Shown here: positions 37,301-48,188 of the stretch, one piece after another
How positions within the stretch are numbered: the stretch's first letter is position 1
Layout of the letters: each line of letters starts with the position of its first letter
Origin: Candidatus Omnitrophota bacterium
Lineage (GTDB): Bacteria > Omnitrophota > Gorgyraeia > Gygaellales > Profunditerraquicolaceae
Direction of reading: 5' to 3'
Assembly: GCA_016867115.1 (NCBI GenBank)
Contig: VGKG01000001.1
Location: 173,403 to 237,402, forward strand
Length of the DNA: 64,000 nucleotides
Program-made: the position numbers and the translations under genes
Notes under the pieces: model-generated
What the model saw: only the letters and a program-made list of their open reading frames with translations
What the model was told of the DNA's origin: nothing
The model's database searches: none

Positions 37301-38385
37301 CAGAACACCTCCGTCTTTAACGGGGACCTGAAAAGGTCATACCGGGGATCCAGCCGGCCGATGAACTTGACGCTTAAGACCCGTAAGAGCACCGAAAAAG
37401 GCAGGTAGAGGGAAGTCAGGCAAAAGATCACAGAGCCGGCCAGCGGCACGCAGAAGAATATTAAAAAGACAAAATAAAGGAGGCGTAAGCCCGCGGGTGT
37501 GGCAAGGTACAAGAGATAAAAGACAAGCGTAAGAATGCCGGCGGGAATAATCAAGCCGATCATCGCCATAAAAGCAATGATTCCGGAGACGAATGAAGCG
37601 ACCAGCTGCACCGCGATCCTGAGGAGGATGAACTTAAGGAACTCTCCCTTATTCGCCTTAAAGAGCAGGGTAAACCTCTGCCAGGCCTCCTTGATCCTGA
37701 CGCCTTCTGCGTACATTATCGGCAGAAGGAAATCGCGGGCGATCAGAGAAATGACGCCGTAGATGACTGCCAGAATGATGAAAATGAGTATGGCCGGGAA
37801 GAAGGGGGCCAGGAACTTGAATGCCGCTTGCGGCGCGGGAGAAATGAAGGCGCCCGACTCAAACAGCATGTAGATGAACGCCGCCACCAGCGCTCCGAAG
37901 AGGAAGAGAAAAATCGTTGCTAACGCCAGGGAGAATAAGAAGAACGAATTCCCTGCCTGTTTATTTTCTCTAAAGGGCGCTTTTATCGAGGCGTCGTTTT
38001 TGACAACATCTTCAAGAAATACAAAAGCGAAACGGCATGATAGCCACAAGGAAAGGATGAGCAGGAAAATAACGGAGATGATGCCGGTAGCGATCAGGCT
38101 TAAAGTAAGAGGGTTATTTATCTTTTCCCAGAACTTTTTAAATTCCTCTTTCGGCGAGGCCTGGGTCCCCTGGGTAGCGGGTGCAGGTTTTGAAACCTGA
38201 GTCTCCTTCTCCCTGCCCTGCTCAGGCACGGGGGGAAGGCGGAAGTTAAACCCACCCCCGATCAATGCCCCGGCCAGGATAGCTATAAACGTAAGCAGGA
38301 ACCATTTTTTAGGGCTAAACGGCCGCAAGAGTATGCCGGCCGTCCGCTCTACAGAGGCATTGAATATCTCACTGAATCTCACCAT
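37300..38385 (-). CDS. Multi-pass membrane protein of unknown function
   Basis: 361 aa with several TM segments, in operon. Confidence 0.7.
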   Translation of the reverse strand: MVRFSEIFNASVERTAGILLRPFSPKKWFLLTFIAILAGALIGGGFNFRLPPVPEQGREKETQVSKPAPATQGTQASPKEEFKKFWEKINNPLTLSLIATGIISVIFLLILSLWLSCRFAFVFLEDVVKNDASIKAPFRENKQAGNSFFLFSLALATIFLFLFGALVAAFIYMLFESGAFISPAPQAAFKFLAPFFPAILIFIILAVIYGVISLIARDFLLPIMYAEGVRIKEAWQRFTLLFKANKGEFLKFILLRIAVQLVASFVSGIIAFMAMIGLIIPAGILTLVFYLLYLATPAGLRLLYFVFLIFFCVPLAGSVIFCLTSLYLPFSVLLRVLSVKFIGRLDPRYDLFRSPLKTEVF

Positions 38386-38398
38386 TAAGCAGTCTATC

Positions 38399-38989
38399 CT
38401 ATGGCTTTATCTGCCACTCGTATCTGCCGCTTGAATCGACAAAGGCTTCGATGGGGGTGCCTGAAGGCGCATTATCCTGCAGCCGCTTGGCGTAGATCTT
38501 CTGCACCTCATCCACGGAAGTATTGTTCTTCTTCGCGATCGAAGCGTAGATCGCCATGCGGTCGCTGTTTTCTGCGCTGACTAATCCGCGGGTGCCAGGG
38601 CTTGCCTCGCCGGACTTACGGACCTGCACTAATCCGGATCTATCCTCTCCCACTATTCCGCGCGCCTGAAGGGAGTTCAACTCCGCTAATCTGTCGCGGC
38701 GCCTCAGTGCCGCGGCCTCAACCTCGGGGCTGAGCGCTTCTTCGGCAAAAGCGACCCCGGCCAGATGCAGCCAGCTTGAATTGCCGCCCTTCTTTGCCTT
38801 TTCCTGAGCAGCGCCTCCGGAAACGATGTCTTCGATAGCGTCGATATCCTTTTGCACGTGCTGATAAATATCCAGGCGCATGGTGATATCCACTTTGATC
38901 GGTTTTTCCGGCGCTTCAACCTTCACGCGCGCGCAACCGAGGCTAAACACCGCCGTAAGGAAAACTGCCAAAAAAAGCGTCCTCATCAC
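38399..38989 (-). CDS. YnbE-like lipoprotein::YdbL (DUF1318) fusion
   Basis: Lipobox SLGC, EAPEKPIKVDITMRLDI, then GIVGEDRSGLV...ENSDRMAIY..IA. Confidence 0.75.
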   Translation of the reverse strand: MMRTLFLAVFLTAVFSLGCARVKVEAPEKPIKVDITMRLDIYQHVQKDIDAIEDIVSGGAAQEKAKKGGNSSWLHLAGVAFAEEALSPEVEAAALRRRDRLAELNSLQARGIVGEDRSGLVQVRKSGEASPGTRGLVSAENSDRMAIYASIAKKNNTSVDEVQKIYAKRLQDNAPSGTPIEAFVDSSGRYEWQIKP

Positions 38990-40131
38990 TACTCCCCCTT
39001 TCCTAAATTAAAATCATGCAGCACTACGGTAAGATTGCGTTTCCCCTTTTCTCCCTCCATAGCCAGATTGAAGCTCAGGTCCTTCTTCTCAAGGCCCATC
39101 TGCAAAGTACCCATATTATAATGGTAATCCTTGAAACTTTCCACAAGTATATCCAGCGACTGTCCGGACCTGCGCGCGGTCTCCTCCAGGAACCCGGTGT
39201 CCTTGACTACGAACATCCCTCCCGGTTCATCTGCGGCGAACTGGCCGCTTAAGACCTTTAAGTCAGCTCCCTTGCCGGAAAGCTCGACCGTTCCGCTCAA
39301 TTTACCCGTCGCCTCGACTTTCTCCTTCAGCTCAAAGTCATTGATAAAGGCGGCGGTGTCCAGGCCTTTGAATTTCAGGCGGGCAAGATATTCTCCCTGC
39401 CGGTCGGCCCTGAACTCAATACTTCCTTCGACTTTTCCGTCCAGCAGTTCAGCCGAAAGAGGATCAAGGAATAGGCCCCGTTGATCTAAGATCAAGCTGC
39501 TTTTGATCTCTTTTATCCTGGCCTTATTGTATTTGGCCAGCGGTATATAAAGACTGCCGCTCTTGTCCCGAGCAGGAAACACTAAAGAGCCTCTTTCAAG
39601 ATGTACTCCGAAGGCGTCAAGATTGTCTACCTTAAGGTCAAGGTTATCTAATCTTAACCCGGCAAGGTCAAGCCCTAAAGAGGCGCTGCCGGCAAGAGAG
39701 ACATCCTTTGATTTTAAATCCAAGGCCAGGCCCGATAGCTTAAAAGATTTGACGGAAAATATGCCCGGGGATTTCAGGTAAAAGTTTTCCCCGAACTCCA
39801 GGATGCTCTTCTTCGGCGTCCTGATCCTGATATCCAGGCCATTTAATGAGACCTCTCTGATCCTTCTTGCGATGAGCGAAAGCGGGTTAAAGCGGATCCT
39901 TATTTCCTTGACCTTAAAATCGTAAGTTTCACCGCGGGTGATCTCAAGATCAAAAAAGTCAAGTTCGCTAAGCGGTTTTAAAACTGCGCGGCCGATAGAG
40001 ACCCTGCTCTGCGTAAATACGGCTTTTAATTGCTTTTCGGCGATGAAAGTGATCAGCGGCCGGGTAAAGACAGCTGCGGCGCCGGCCAGGGCCAGGAAGA
40101 TTATTATAGATATCAGAATCGTCCGTTTCAT
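38989..40131 (-). CDS. YdbH-like (AsmA superfamily) bridge protein
   Basis: N-terminal TM, beta-rich; C-terminal ESFKDYHY...MEG...NL pattern; upstream of ynbE/ydbL-like gene. Confidence 0.7.
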   Translation of the reverse strand: MKRTILISIIIFLALAGAAAVFTRPLITFIAEKQLKAVFTQSRVSIGRAVLKPLSELDFFDLEITRGETYDFKVKEIRIRFNPLSLIARRIREVSLNGLDIRIRTPKKSILEFGENFYLKSPGIFSVKSFKLSGLALDLKSKDVSLAGSASLGLDLAGLRLDNLDLKVDNLDAFGVHLERGSLVFPARDKSGSLYIPLAKYNKARIKEIKSSLILDQRGLFLDPLSAELLDGKVEGSIEFRADRQGEYLARLKFKGLDTAAFINDFELKEKVEATGKLSGTVELSGKGADLKVLSGQFAADEPGGMFVVKDTGFLEETARRSGQSLDILVESFKDYHYNMGTLQMGLEKKDLSFNLAMEGEKGKRNLTVVLHDFNLGKGE

Positions 40132-41169
40132 CTAAATAAGGCCTTTCCTTGCGGCGCAGGAGACAGCCGTTCCCTCAACCGAAAAAATCTTCCCGAAAAA
40201 TAATTCGCAGACCCAGAGATTCGTCTTGGCATGGAGGCTAAGGATACTTGTCTTTATCCTGCCGCCAAGGAGGCTCATCCAGGGGATGAGGTTATCCGCA
40301 AGATGCATGTCGCAGGCTGCGCCTGAATCTATCTCGCCGATCAATTTTTCTGCCGCCTCTCTGCCAACGTCTTCCGCGCGCTTCTTTAATTCTCCCCGGG
40401 CATCTGACCAGAGGATGGCGCCGCTATCCGTGGGCGCGTAAAGATTTATTTCGGAGCCCGGGGAGAGTGTCTGGGCGTATTCAGGGCTTATTTCGGGGAT
40501 AATGTTATATTTTTCCGCAAGGGCCTTGCGCGCAGCCTCAGCCTGCCTCTCTGCGACCCGCCTCTCTTTAAGCCGCTCGGAAGCCAGGCTTATCCCCTTT
40601 ATAAAGGTAAGCCTGCCCTGTTCAATAAGAGAGAGCTCTTTCGGCGCTTTTATTCCTTTTATTCTTACCCTCACTTCTCCGCCGCCTTTAGGATAATACC
40701 CCCTTTTCAAGACATCTAACTCTGCCTCTAAACCGGAACTCTTTAATACGGGGAAAACTACCAGAGGATAATAATCTACCGGGACAGCGCCCAGTCCGGC
40801 AGTCCCTCCTTTAATGCGTAAGGTGAGGGTATCTGCGCGAAAGGCCGCCACCAAAAGCAGGGTCTGCAGGAATAAGCCGGCGGCAGCCGAAGTCTCCAGA
40901 TCCACTTCCAATTCTTTTTCCTCGATCGACCTAAGCTTTGGGATGAAGGTGATCTCTTTTGAGTTAAGCATAAGGCCGGCGGCCTCTGCCTGAAAGAGCC
41001 TGACCAGCGTCTTAAGTATAAAAAGGTGCTGGGGCTTGAGCCCGGGTTTAGGGCGCCTTGAGCGGATATTAAAAACGCGGACTGGCTCATGCAGGATGCA
41101 GGACAGGCTTAAGGCCGTCCTTAAGATCTGGCCTCCGCCTTCCAGGGTATCTGCGGCAATCTCGATCAT
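40132..41169 (-). CDS. rtcA: RNA 3'-terminal phosphate cyclase
   Basis: EGGGQILRTAL, IRSRRPKPGLKPQHL, RGYYPKGGG, DMHLADNLIP. Confidence 0.93.
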   Translation of the reverse strand: MIEIAADTLEGGGQILRTALSLSCILHEPVRVFNIRSRRPKPGLKPQHLFILKTLVRLFQAEAAGLMLNSKEITFIPKLRSIEEKELEVDLETSAAAGLFLQTLLLVAAFRADTLTLRIKGGTAGLGAVPVDYYPLVVFPVLKSSGLEAELDVLKRGYYPKGGGEVRVRIKGIKAPKELSLIEQGRLTFIKGISLASERLKERRVAERQAEAARKALAEKYNIIPEISPEYAQTLSPGSEINLYAPTDSGAILWSDARGELKKRAEDVGREAAEKLIGEIDSGAACDMHLADNLIPWMSLLGGRIKTSILSLHAKTNLWVCELFFGKIFSVEGTAVSCAARKGLI

Positions 41170-41173
41170 CAGC

Positions 41174-41208
41174 AAAAAGGCCGGATCTTTTTTATAAAAG
41201 ATCCGGCC
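41174..41208 (-). terminator. Intrinsic terminator-like hairpin abutting the rtcA start
   Basis: GGCCGGATCTTTT-ATAA-AAAAGATCCGGCC then TTTTT. Confidence 0.75.
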
Positions 41209-41228
41209 CTCCCATGATTTTATTCCTT

Positions 41229-42221
41229 TTAGATCTTTATCTCGATCCTGAACTCGGAATACGGCCCGTTTTCCAGCTCCACCTTTCCGGTATCCTTGTC
41301 CCTGTACCTCAAATAGCGGCCGAATGTGCCGCCGCCGGAAACAGAGGCCTGGATATTATTGTTGATCTTGTATTGCAACCCTGCGCCTGCATAGGCATCG
41401 TTGTATTTCAATACCTGGTCTTTATAGATGCCTTTGGTGATCTGGTATTCGCCGAAGTTGAATCCCCCTTCGCCGAAAAGCGTCAGGCGGTCATTCAATT
41501 TATAAGCGACATACGGCCTTTTGGGCACGATATTAAAGGTGAGCCTGTCGTTGGCTTTATAAATAAAACCGAGTATGGGAAGGATCTCGCTGTCATAACC
41601 GGGCCGTACCGCCACACCCGCCACCAGGGTCAACTTGTCGTTGGGCTGATGGATCAGGAAGGTCTGCACCGGGATGCGGAAGGCCGAGGAATCAAAGCTG
41701 TAGTCGTCGGAATAAAAAGAGGGATTGACGGCAAAGCGCCAGTAAGTCTTATCCACATTAAAAAAGGGAAAGGTGGTCTCTATGCCGAGGCTCAGGCCCG
41801 AAAGATGCGAAGGCAGCCTCACCGCGGTTGTATTATCGATGCTGATATATTCGTGGTTAAGGGAAAACTCGACGGGCAGCCTTCCGAAGGCCTTAAAGGT
41901 ATAGTTAAAGTCCTCTTCGGTGCGCATCAGGGTGACGTCCCCGCCCTGGTTCTGGGCGTCGACAGAAGGCATATAGCGAAAGTAGGAATCGATATCCCAG
42001 GGCAACTCTTCCTCTTCGGTGATGATCTCCCGCTCTTTCCTGCGGTATTCGGGGATCAGCCTGACTTCAGGAGTGGCGGCCTCTGCCTGCGCCTGAGCCA
42101 GGACCTGCTCCTGCGCATCCTCACGGCTAGGGGCTTCCGCCCTCAGGGAAGCGGCAAAAAGGATGGCGAACATAAATATGACAAAGACGCTTAATAGGGC
42201 CTTCATGGTAATTTTACGCAT
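41229..42221 (-). CDS. Outer-membrane beta-barrel protein (DUF6268-like)
   Basis: Signal peptide, alternating aromatic beta strands, LPILGFIYK...P.P pattern. Confidence 0.7.
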   Translation of the reverse strand: MRKITMKALLSVFVIFMFAILFAASLRAEAPSREDAQEQVLAQAQAEAATPEVRLIPEYRRKEREIITEEEELPWDIDSYFRYMPSVDAQNQGGDVTLMRTEEDFNYTFKAFGRLPVEFSLNHEYISIDNTTAVRLPSHLSGLSLGIETTFPFFNVDKTYWRFAVNPSFYSDDYSFDSSAFRIPVQTFLIHQPNDKLTLVAGVAVRPGYDSEILPILGFIYKANDRLTFNIVPKRPYVAYKLNDRLTLFGEGGFNFGEYQITKGIYKDQVLKYNDAYAGAGLQYKINNNIQASVSGGGTFGRYLRYRDKDTGKVELENGPYSEFRIEIKI

Positions 42222-42278
42222 TGTCTCCTCCTCTGTAAAAATAGCTATAACGCTTTGTATTATGGCACGTTATGAGCT

Positions 42279-43313
42279 TTAAGTCAACTGAAATCTTGCC
42301 CCTTCCGTAAACTTGATGATCTGATTCATCATCCTGACTGTCTCAGCCGGGTATTTCCCGGCAGCCGTCTCTGCGGAAAGCATCACAAAATCCGAGCCGT
42401 CTAAAATGGCATTCGCCACATCCGTGACTTCGGCGCGGGTCGGCCGGATGTGCTCGGTCATGCTCTCAAGCATCTGGGTGGCGGTGATCACGAACCTTTT
42501 TGCGCGGTTGCACTTACGGATGATCCGCTTCTGCATCACGGGTATCTCGTATATCGGAAGGGAAACTCCCATATCCCCGCGGGCGATCATGATCCCGTCA
42601 CAGACCTCGATGATCTCGTCGATATTCTTTATGCCCTGACGGTTCTCGATCTTGGCAATGATCTTGCAATCAGGATGCGCCTCCCCGAGCATTTGCCGGA
42701 TCGGCAGGATATCCGAGGCATCCCGGACAAATGACTGCGCGATATAATCCACCCCATGCCTTATGCCGAAGTGAATATCCTCTCTATCCTTATCCGTCAG
42801 GCCCTTGAACTTAAGGCTTACGTCCGGGATATTTACTCCCTTATGCTCCTTCAGGACTCCGGGAACAAGCACCTCTGTCTCGATGATCTTTGAGCCACTT
42901 CTCTTCACCAGGAGCGCGATGTATCCGTCGTCGATAAAGATGTGCCTGCCTTTCTTTATCGCCTTCAGGTCTCCTTCGTAATCAAAGGGAATGACTGCGC
43001 CGTCCCCGACAATCTTCTCCCTGGTCAGGAAGAGCCTCTGCCGCTTTTTTAAAGGGATGCCGGACTCGGGCTTTAATTCTCCGATGCGGATGCGGTAACC
43101 CTCCAGGTCCTGCAGGATGCGGATGCGGCGGCGGTACTTCCTGTTCAGCTTACGGATCATTTCTATGCGTTTTAAATGTTCGGGATGGCTTCCGTGCGAA
43201 AAGTTAAGCCGCGCCACATCCATGCCGCAAAGCATCATCTTGCGTAAGACCGTCTCATTCCCGCTTACCGGCCCGATAGTACAGATGATCTTTGTCTTTG
43301 CCGTCTTTTTCAT
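42279..43313 (-). CDS. pyk: Pyruvate kinase, short form lacking the C-terminal domain
   Basis: [47 protein letters not shown]; 344 aa. Confidence 0.93.
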   Translation of the reverse strand: MKKTAKTKIICTIGPVSGNETVLRKMMLCGMDVARLNFSHGSHPEHLKRIEMIRKLNRKYRRRIRILQDLEGYRIRIGELKPESGIPLKKRQRLFLTREKIVGDGAVIPFDYEGDLKAIKKGRHIFIDDGYIALLVKRSGSKIIETEVLVPGVLKEHKGVNIPDVSLKFKGLTDKDREDIHFGIRHGVDYIAQSFVRDASDILPIRQMLGEAHPDCKIIAKIENRQGIKNIDEIIEVCDGIMIARGDMGVSLPIYEIPVMQKRIIRKCNRAKRFVITATQMLESMTEHIRPTRAEVTDVANAILDGSDFVMLSAETAAGKYPAETVRMMNQIIKFTEGARFQLT

Positions 43314-45769
43314 CAGTTCCCCAAAAGTACGTCCTTGAGGCTGCGGATGATGTTGCCTACCGCGGTCCTGAACTTGTACTTTGGCTCCTTTAGCGTGCCG
43401 CTGATCCTGATCTCGGCGAACTTGTCCGCCTTTCCGACGATCGCCGTGGCGATATCCTTGAAAGTCCCGGTCAGAGGGACCATCTCATCCAGGATATGCA
43501 CGTCCAGGACCGCATCGATGGCACCGTCAAACCCCAGCCTCACCGGTCCGGTCAGCTCACAGATGTTGCTCTTAAGAGTGAGGTTCTCGGTAGAAATACT
43601 TCTGTCAGCGACAATAAAATCGCTGAAGCCCTCATTAAAGACGATGCTGGCGAAATCTTTGGCAAAAAGAAAGGAACCCAGCCCCTTGAAAAGATTCAAC
43701 TGCCAGAGCCTGCCTTCAGTGATAGTGACCCTGCCGCTGCCACTGGATGCCCCGAAGTCCCTGGCGTCTCCGGCGGCATTAAAGCTGGCATTCACCAGCC
43801 CTGCGATATCCTTATCCCTGATCGGCGTATCGTTCTTCAGTTTCTCGATCCTCACGCCGCTAATATCGGCGGATAAACTAAATGACGGCTCAGCCCCGAG
43901 GCCTAATTTTCCCTGCGCCTGCACTTTTCCGTCATAAAAGTTAAAGCTCAAAAAGGGGACCTCCAGCAGATCATCGTGCTGGTTAAGGTACAAAGACAGA
44001 TCCCTGGCAGTCAGGCCGTAGAGAGAAACTTCGGGCCCTGTGATCCTGGCATCCAGAAGGACGGTCTTAAGGTCCCCGGCATTGCCGCTTAATTTAAGCT
44101 CGGCGCGCACTTTGCCTTTGAGTTTCAATTTGTCGAGCGTCTCTTTATATTTCTTAAACGCCCTGCCTAAGTCTTCTGTATCCAGGTCCAGGTAGCCGGT
44201 GAGGTTCAGTTTTGACGGCTCAAGTTTTAAAGCGCTTCCGGTGAGGTTAAATTGAGAACTCAGGTAACGGCCGGTGAACCTTGAAAAATCCACCCTCTCA
44301 TCTCCCACCGTAAAACTTGATTCCAGGGATAAGTCTTTTGATGCCAGGGTAAGATGCACGGCGGGGTTTTTAGGATTTACGGCTTCTCCGCTTGAGCGGT
44401 AAGATACTCCCTGGTAAATAAAACTCAGCCTCGGCCAATTTAGCGCGTCTTTGGCGAACTCTATGCGGCCGCTGATATTCTCAAAAGGCGCTGCAGCCTT
44501 CTCAAGCCTGGCTAGCGCTCCGGAAACCTCCAGCGCTCCGGTAACCTGGAACTTACCTTCGGGATTCCTGATGGCTACGAAGACACTGCCGCTGCCGCTC
44601 ATCTCCCCGGGAAAATTAAACTTCATTTTTTCTTTCAGCAGTGCCTTTGCCTGGGCAAGAGTAAGGGTGGTAGTGATATTGACATCCAGGCTAGGCTTTG
44701 CGAAATTACGCATCGAACCCCGCGCCAGGACAGGCAGGCCCCAGATCTCTGCCCGCAGGTTATCGGAAAAGATCCCGGAATTATTGAAGGTGATCTCGCC
44801 GTTAATGCCGCTTACGTCTCCGGCAAGCCCCAGGCCCAGTATCCGCGAGGCAAAGACCCTGGCTTTGGCGGAAAAACCGAAACCCTTGTCTTTAGTCACA
44901 TACTGAAGATTAGCGGCGATCTCGGAGTTTATCCCGTAGGTGGTATTCCCTGTAAGGAAAGTGATATCTTTATTCTGTGTGCCGATGCCGGCATAAAGTA
45001 TGCCGTCCTCAAGCTCCAGGTTCACCAGCGCGTTGATCAGTCCGCCGGAAAAAACGACCCCGGAGTTCCGGTAATACTCGGCGAAATACAGGGGCGAGAG
45101 GTCCCTGACAGCGGCCCTTGCCTTAAGATGCTTACCCGGAATCCTGTATTCGCCTGCCAGGGCCAGATGCGTTCCTGCGTTGTCGCCGGTCAGCGCTTTC
45201 AGGCTGAATCTTACGCTTGCCGGCAGTGCAAGGCTCATATTTAAATCCAAATCCTTCAGCTCCTTGACCGCCGGCTCGGCTAACTTTGAATCTTTGAATT
45301 GGACATAGGCATTACGCACGCTCACCCGGTAAATATAGACATTAAACTCCGGCTTCTCTCCTGCGGCCTTAGCCTTAGGCAGGAGCTCCTCCAGATTAAA
45401 GGTATTGTCGCTCTTACGCTCGATGAATATCCGGGGGGATTTGAATGTTACTGTGGGGATGATGACCGCTTTCTTAAAGATGGGCCAGACCAGGAAAGTG
45501 CAGGAGGACTCTTTCACGCTTAAAAAGACCTGCTTCTCGTCATAGATCAAGAGGTCCCTGAGCACCAGGCCCTTAAAGACGCTGAACTCAAGCGAATAGA
45601 GCGCCACCTCCTTGCCGGTAGCCTCTTTAAGCCTGGCAACGATCAGGGACTTGATCCGGGTAGGCAGGATCACGCTGTTCAGGTAGATGGTTGCGATACT
45701 GGCAAGCAAAACAAATACCAAAAAAAGGATAAGGAGTTTCTTTCTCAGGGAAAGGTTGAAGAAGATCAT
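43313..45769 (-). CDS. AsmA family / DUF748-like protein
   Basis: N-terminal TM, long beta-taco-like body, C-terminal ISGTLKEP. Confidence 0.75.
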   Translation of the reverse strand: MIFFNLSLRKKLLILFLVFVLLASIATIYLNSVILPTRIKSLIVARLKEATGKEVALYSLEFSVFKGLVLRDLLIYDEKQVFLSVKESSCTFLVWPIFKKAVIIPTVTFKSPRIFIERKSDNTFNLEELLPKAKAAGEKPEFNVYIYRVSVRNAYVQFKDSKLAEPAVKELKDLDLNMSLALPASVRFSLKALTGDNAGTHLALAGEYRIPGKHLKARAAVRDLSPLYFAEYYRNSGVVFSGGLINALVNLELEDGILYAGIGTQNKDITFLTGNTTYGINSEIAANLQYVTKDKGFGFSAKARVFASRILGLGLAGDVSGINGEITFNNSGIFSDNLRAEIWGLPVLARGSMRNFAKPSLDVNITTTLTLAQAKALLKEKMKFNFPGEMSGSGSVFVAIRNPEGKFQVTGALEVSGALARLEKAAAPFENISGRIEFAKDALNWPRLSFIYQGVSYRSSGEAVNPKNPAVHLTLASKDLSLESSFTVGDERVDFSRFTGRYLSSQFNLTGSALKLEPSKLNLTGYLDLDTEDLGRAFKKYKETLDKLKLKGKVRAELKLSGNAGDLKTVLLDARITGPEVSLYGLTARDLSLYLNQHDDLLEVPFLSFNFYDGKVQAQGKLGLGAEPSFSLSADISGVRIEKLKNDTPIRDKDIAGLVNASFNAAGDARDFGASSGSGRVTITEGRLWQLNLFKGLGSFLFAKDFASIVFNEGFSDFIVADRSISTENLTLKSNICELTGPVRLGFDGAIDAVLDVHILDEMVPLTGTFKDIATAIVGKADKFAEIRISGTLKEPKYKFRTAVGNIIRSLKDVLLGN

Positions 45770-47220
45770 TTCTCTTTTTTCAGTATATTCCCGGCTTTTG
45801 CCAGCGCCTGGCGCCTGGTCTTGACCCTGCCGATAGCTTGAGCCTCTTCGATTTCGCGAAGTATCTTGCCTATTAAAGGGGAGGGTGCCAGCTTAAATCT
45901 TTTCATCAGGTCGTTGCCATCAATAAGTCGCGGGAGCTTCTTTTCTTTTAATCTGCGGAAATATTCCTTTATCAATCCCAGGCACATTGCTTCATGGTGC
46001 CTGCGGCCTTCGTTGGTGGTTAGGCGGCCGCGGGTGGCGCGCTGGTCGGCAATAGAAAGGAGAAGCGTAGAGGCTGCTTCTCTGGCCGTGTCGCGAAAAT
46101 ACCTAAACTTTGCCCGGGCAGTCACCTGCGCGCTGTCCGCAAGATACCCCGGCCTTAAGTGCCAGAGGATCATCTTATGCAGGGCGTTGGCTTCATCGTT
46201 TGAGAGTTTTAGTTTGCGGCTGATCTCTTCCGCCACATCAAGGCCGTACCTTTCATGGCCGTGAAAAGTGGTCTTTTTTCCCTGGCGCCTGCGCGCAGCC
46301 GGTTTTCCGATATCGTGCAAGAGGCAGGCAAGTTTTATAAGGCTGCATCTCCTGCGTTCACCGGACAGATATTCATTAAGGTAAGCAGCAAGCTCCCGGT
46401 TGTTTTTAAGCTGCTTTAAGGCTATCTCCATCTGCCTGAGCGTCTCAAGGCTGTGCTGCCAGACATCCAGGTGGTGATACGGCCCCTGGTCTACCCCGCG
46501 CATCCGGTCAAACTCAGGGAATACCACTTTCAGGATACCGGCTTCATCCAGCCTTTTTAGGTAGCCGTAAGAATTCCCGCAATTAAAGATCTTGAAGAGC
46601 TCATCGCGCACACGCTCAAAAGAAACACCGGCTAATCCTTTCTTCTCTTTTACGGCCAGCTTAAGCGTCTTTTCCTCTATCTTAAATCCCAGGGTGGCGG
46701 AAAAGCTGAAAATGCGTAAAATCCTTAAAGGATCTTCAATAAAGACCCCGGGGCTGGTCGAGCGGATGACGCCTGCCTTTAAATCCTCTATCCCGCCGTA
46801 ATGATCGCACAGGGATTGCAGCGGAACTTCATTTTCAAGGGCCTTTTCCAGGTCAAGGCTCAGGGCATTGATAGTGATCTCGCGTTTGGAGAGGTCCTCT
46901 TGCAGAGTCCTGCCGCGGAAATCCGTGAAATCAAGAGTACAGATCCTGTCTTTGAGTTTCTTTACCAGGCGGCAGGCCCCGTGCTCCTTATCCAGGACCA
47001 CGAAACCGCATCTCATTTCCCTGGAGAGCGAACGGCCGAAACTGATCGCGCTTCCTTTAAGGCAAAAATCAAAGTCGGGATTCTCTTTTCTTCTCTCTAG
47101 CAGCATGTCCCGCAGGAATCCGCCGACCAGATACAGCCTGACCTTACGCCTCCTGGCATAGTCATGGACAGATTCAAGGATCTTAAGGTCCTGGGCTAAG
47201 AATCTTATCCTTTTTTTCAT
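45766..47220 (-). CDS. CCA-adding/poly(A) polymerase family nucleotidyltransferase with HD domain
   Basis: LVGGFLRD, DFD, RE.TINAL, EDPLRILR, ERVRDE, HH.DV..HS, LLHDIGKP. Confidence 0.9.
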   Translation of the reverse strand: MKKRIRFLAQDLKILESVHDYARRRKVRLYLVGGFLRDMLLERRKENPDFDFCLKGSAISFGRSLSREMRCGFVVLDKEHGACRLVKKLKDRICTLDFTDFRGRTLQEDLSKREITINALSLDLEKALENEVPLQSLCDHYGGIEDLKAGVIRSTSPGVFIEDPLRILRIFSFSATLGFKIEEKTLKLAVKEKKGLAGVSFERVRDELFKIFNCGNSYGYLKRLDEAGILKVVFPEFDRMRGVDQGPYHHLDVWQHSLETLRQMEIALKQLKNNRELAAYLNEYLSGERRRCSLIKLACLLHDIGKPAARRRQGKKTTFHGHERYGLDVAEEISRKLKLSNDEANALHKMILWHLRPGYLADSAQVTARAKFRYFRDTAREAASTLLLSIADQRATRGRLTTNEGRRHHEAMCLGLIKEYFRRLKEKKLPRLIDGNDLMKRFKLAPSPLIGKILREIEEAQAIGRVKTRRQALAKAGNILKKEK

Positions 47221-47255
47221 CGATTAAATCTTTTTCGGGGTGGAGTAGCGAGGGA

Positions 47256-47666
47256 TTACTTTTCTTTGTTGTTCAGTTCCGAGTGCCTGATGATCTCATC
47301 TTCGACGAAAATGGGCGCCTTTGCCCTGACTGCCAGGGCAATGCTGTCCGAAGGCCGGGCATCCACCATCTTTGTGCCTCCGGAAGCGGTCTTTAAGACT
47401 ATTTTTGCGTGGAAGGTATTCTCCTCTAGCCTGTCGATGATGACTTTTTCGATAGTCGCCTCAAGGTGCTCGATGGTCTTATGCAGCAGGTCATGGGTGA
47501 GCGGGCGGGGCGGTTCGAAACCGCTGATCTTAAGCTTTATCGCCGAGGCCTCAGGCAGGCCGATCAGGATGGGCAGGACCCGCTCGCCGTTCTTCTCCCT
47601 TAAGACGATCAGCTGGTCATGCCGCTTTTCGTCGATGACGATCTTGCTTAGTTCCATCTCAACCAT
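47256..47666 (-). CDS. Bifunctional nuclease (DUF151)
   Basis: LPILIG..EA, PRPLTHDL, DARPSDSIALA. Confidence 0.92.
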   Translation of the reverse strand: MVEMELSKIVIDEKRHDQLIVLREKNGERVLPILIGLPEASAIKLKISGFEPPRPLTHDLLHKTIEHLEATIEKVIIDRLEENTFHAKIVLKTASGGTKMVDARPSDSIALAVRAKAPIFVEDEIIRHSELNNKEK

Positions 47667-47678
47667 GAAATATTTCTC

Positions 47679-48188
47679 CTATTTTTTTATCTTACGCGAG
47701 GGCTTACGGGTATTCCCCAGGTACGCCCCTGCCTTTTCCTTGCCTAAGATGTCCTTTAATTCCTCCATGAACTGGCCTACATCCCTGAACTGCCGGTAGA
47801 CTGAAGCGAACCTCACGTAGGCGACATCGTCGAGGGTCTTTAGCTTCTCCATCACCATCTCTCCGATGCGGGTTGAGGGGATCTCGCGGTCGGACTTCTT
47901 CTGGATACTGCGCTCGACCTGCGTGGTGATCTCTTCCATCTTCTCGATGCTCACGGGGCGCTTTTCGCAAGCCTTCATGATGCCGGAGAGGATCTTCTTG
48001 CGGTCAAAGGGCTCATGTGTACCGTCCTTTTTCACCACCATCAAAGAGACCTCTTCTACATATTCATAGGTAGTGAAGCGCTTGCCGCATTTAAGACACT
48101 CGCGGCGACGCCTGACCGCGGATTCCTCGGCGGTGGCGCGCGAATCTACGACCTTATCCTCTTTATAACCGCAATATGGGCACTTCAT
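47679..48188 (-). CDS. nrdR: Transcriptional repressor NrdR
   Basis: [37 protein letters not shown]. Confidence 0.97.
   Translation of the reverse strand: MKCPYCGYKEDKVVDSRATAEESAVRRRRECLKCGKRFTTYEYVEEVSLMVVKKDGTHEPFDRKKILSGIMKACEKRPVSIEKMEEITTQVERSIQKKSDREIPSTRIGEMVMEKLKTLDDVAYVRFASVYRQFRDVGQFMEELKDILGKEKAGAYLGNTRKPSRKIKK

Noticed and set aside
42263-42277. Sigma54-like TGGCAC-N7-GC on the plus strand
   Set aside because: Points antisense into the pyk 3' end, and the -12 element is weak
47236-47254. cggggtggagtagc resembling a tRNA 5' end or yybP motif
   Set aside because: No cloverleaf, T-arm or remaining riboswitch elements, and it is only a 35-nt gap
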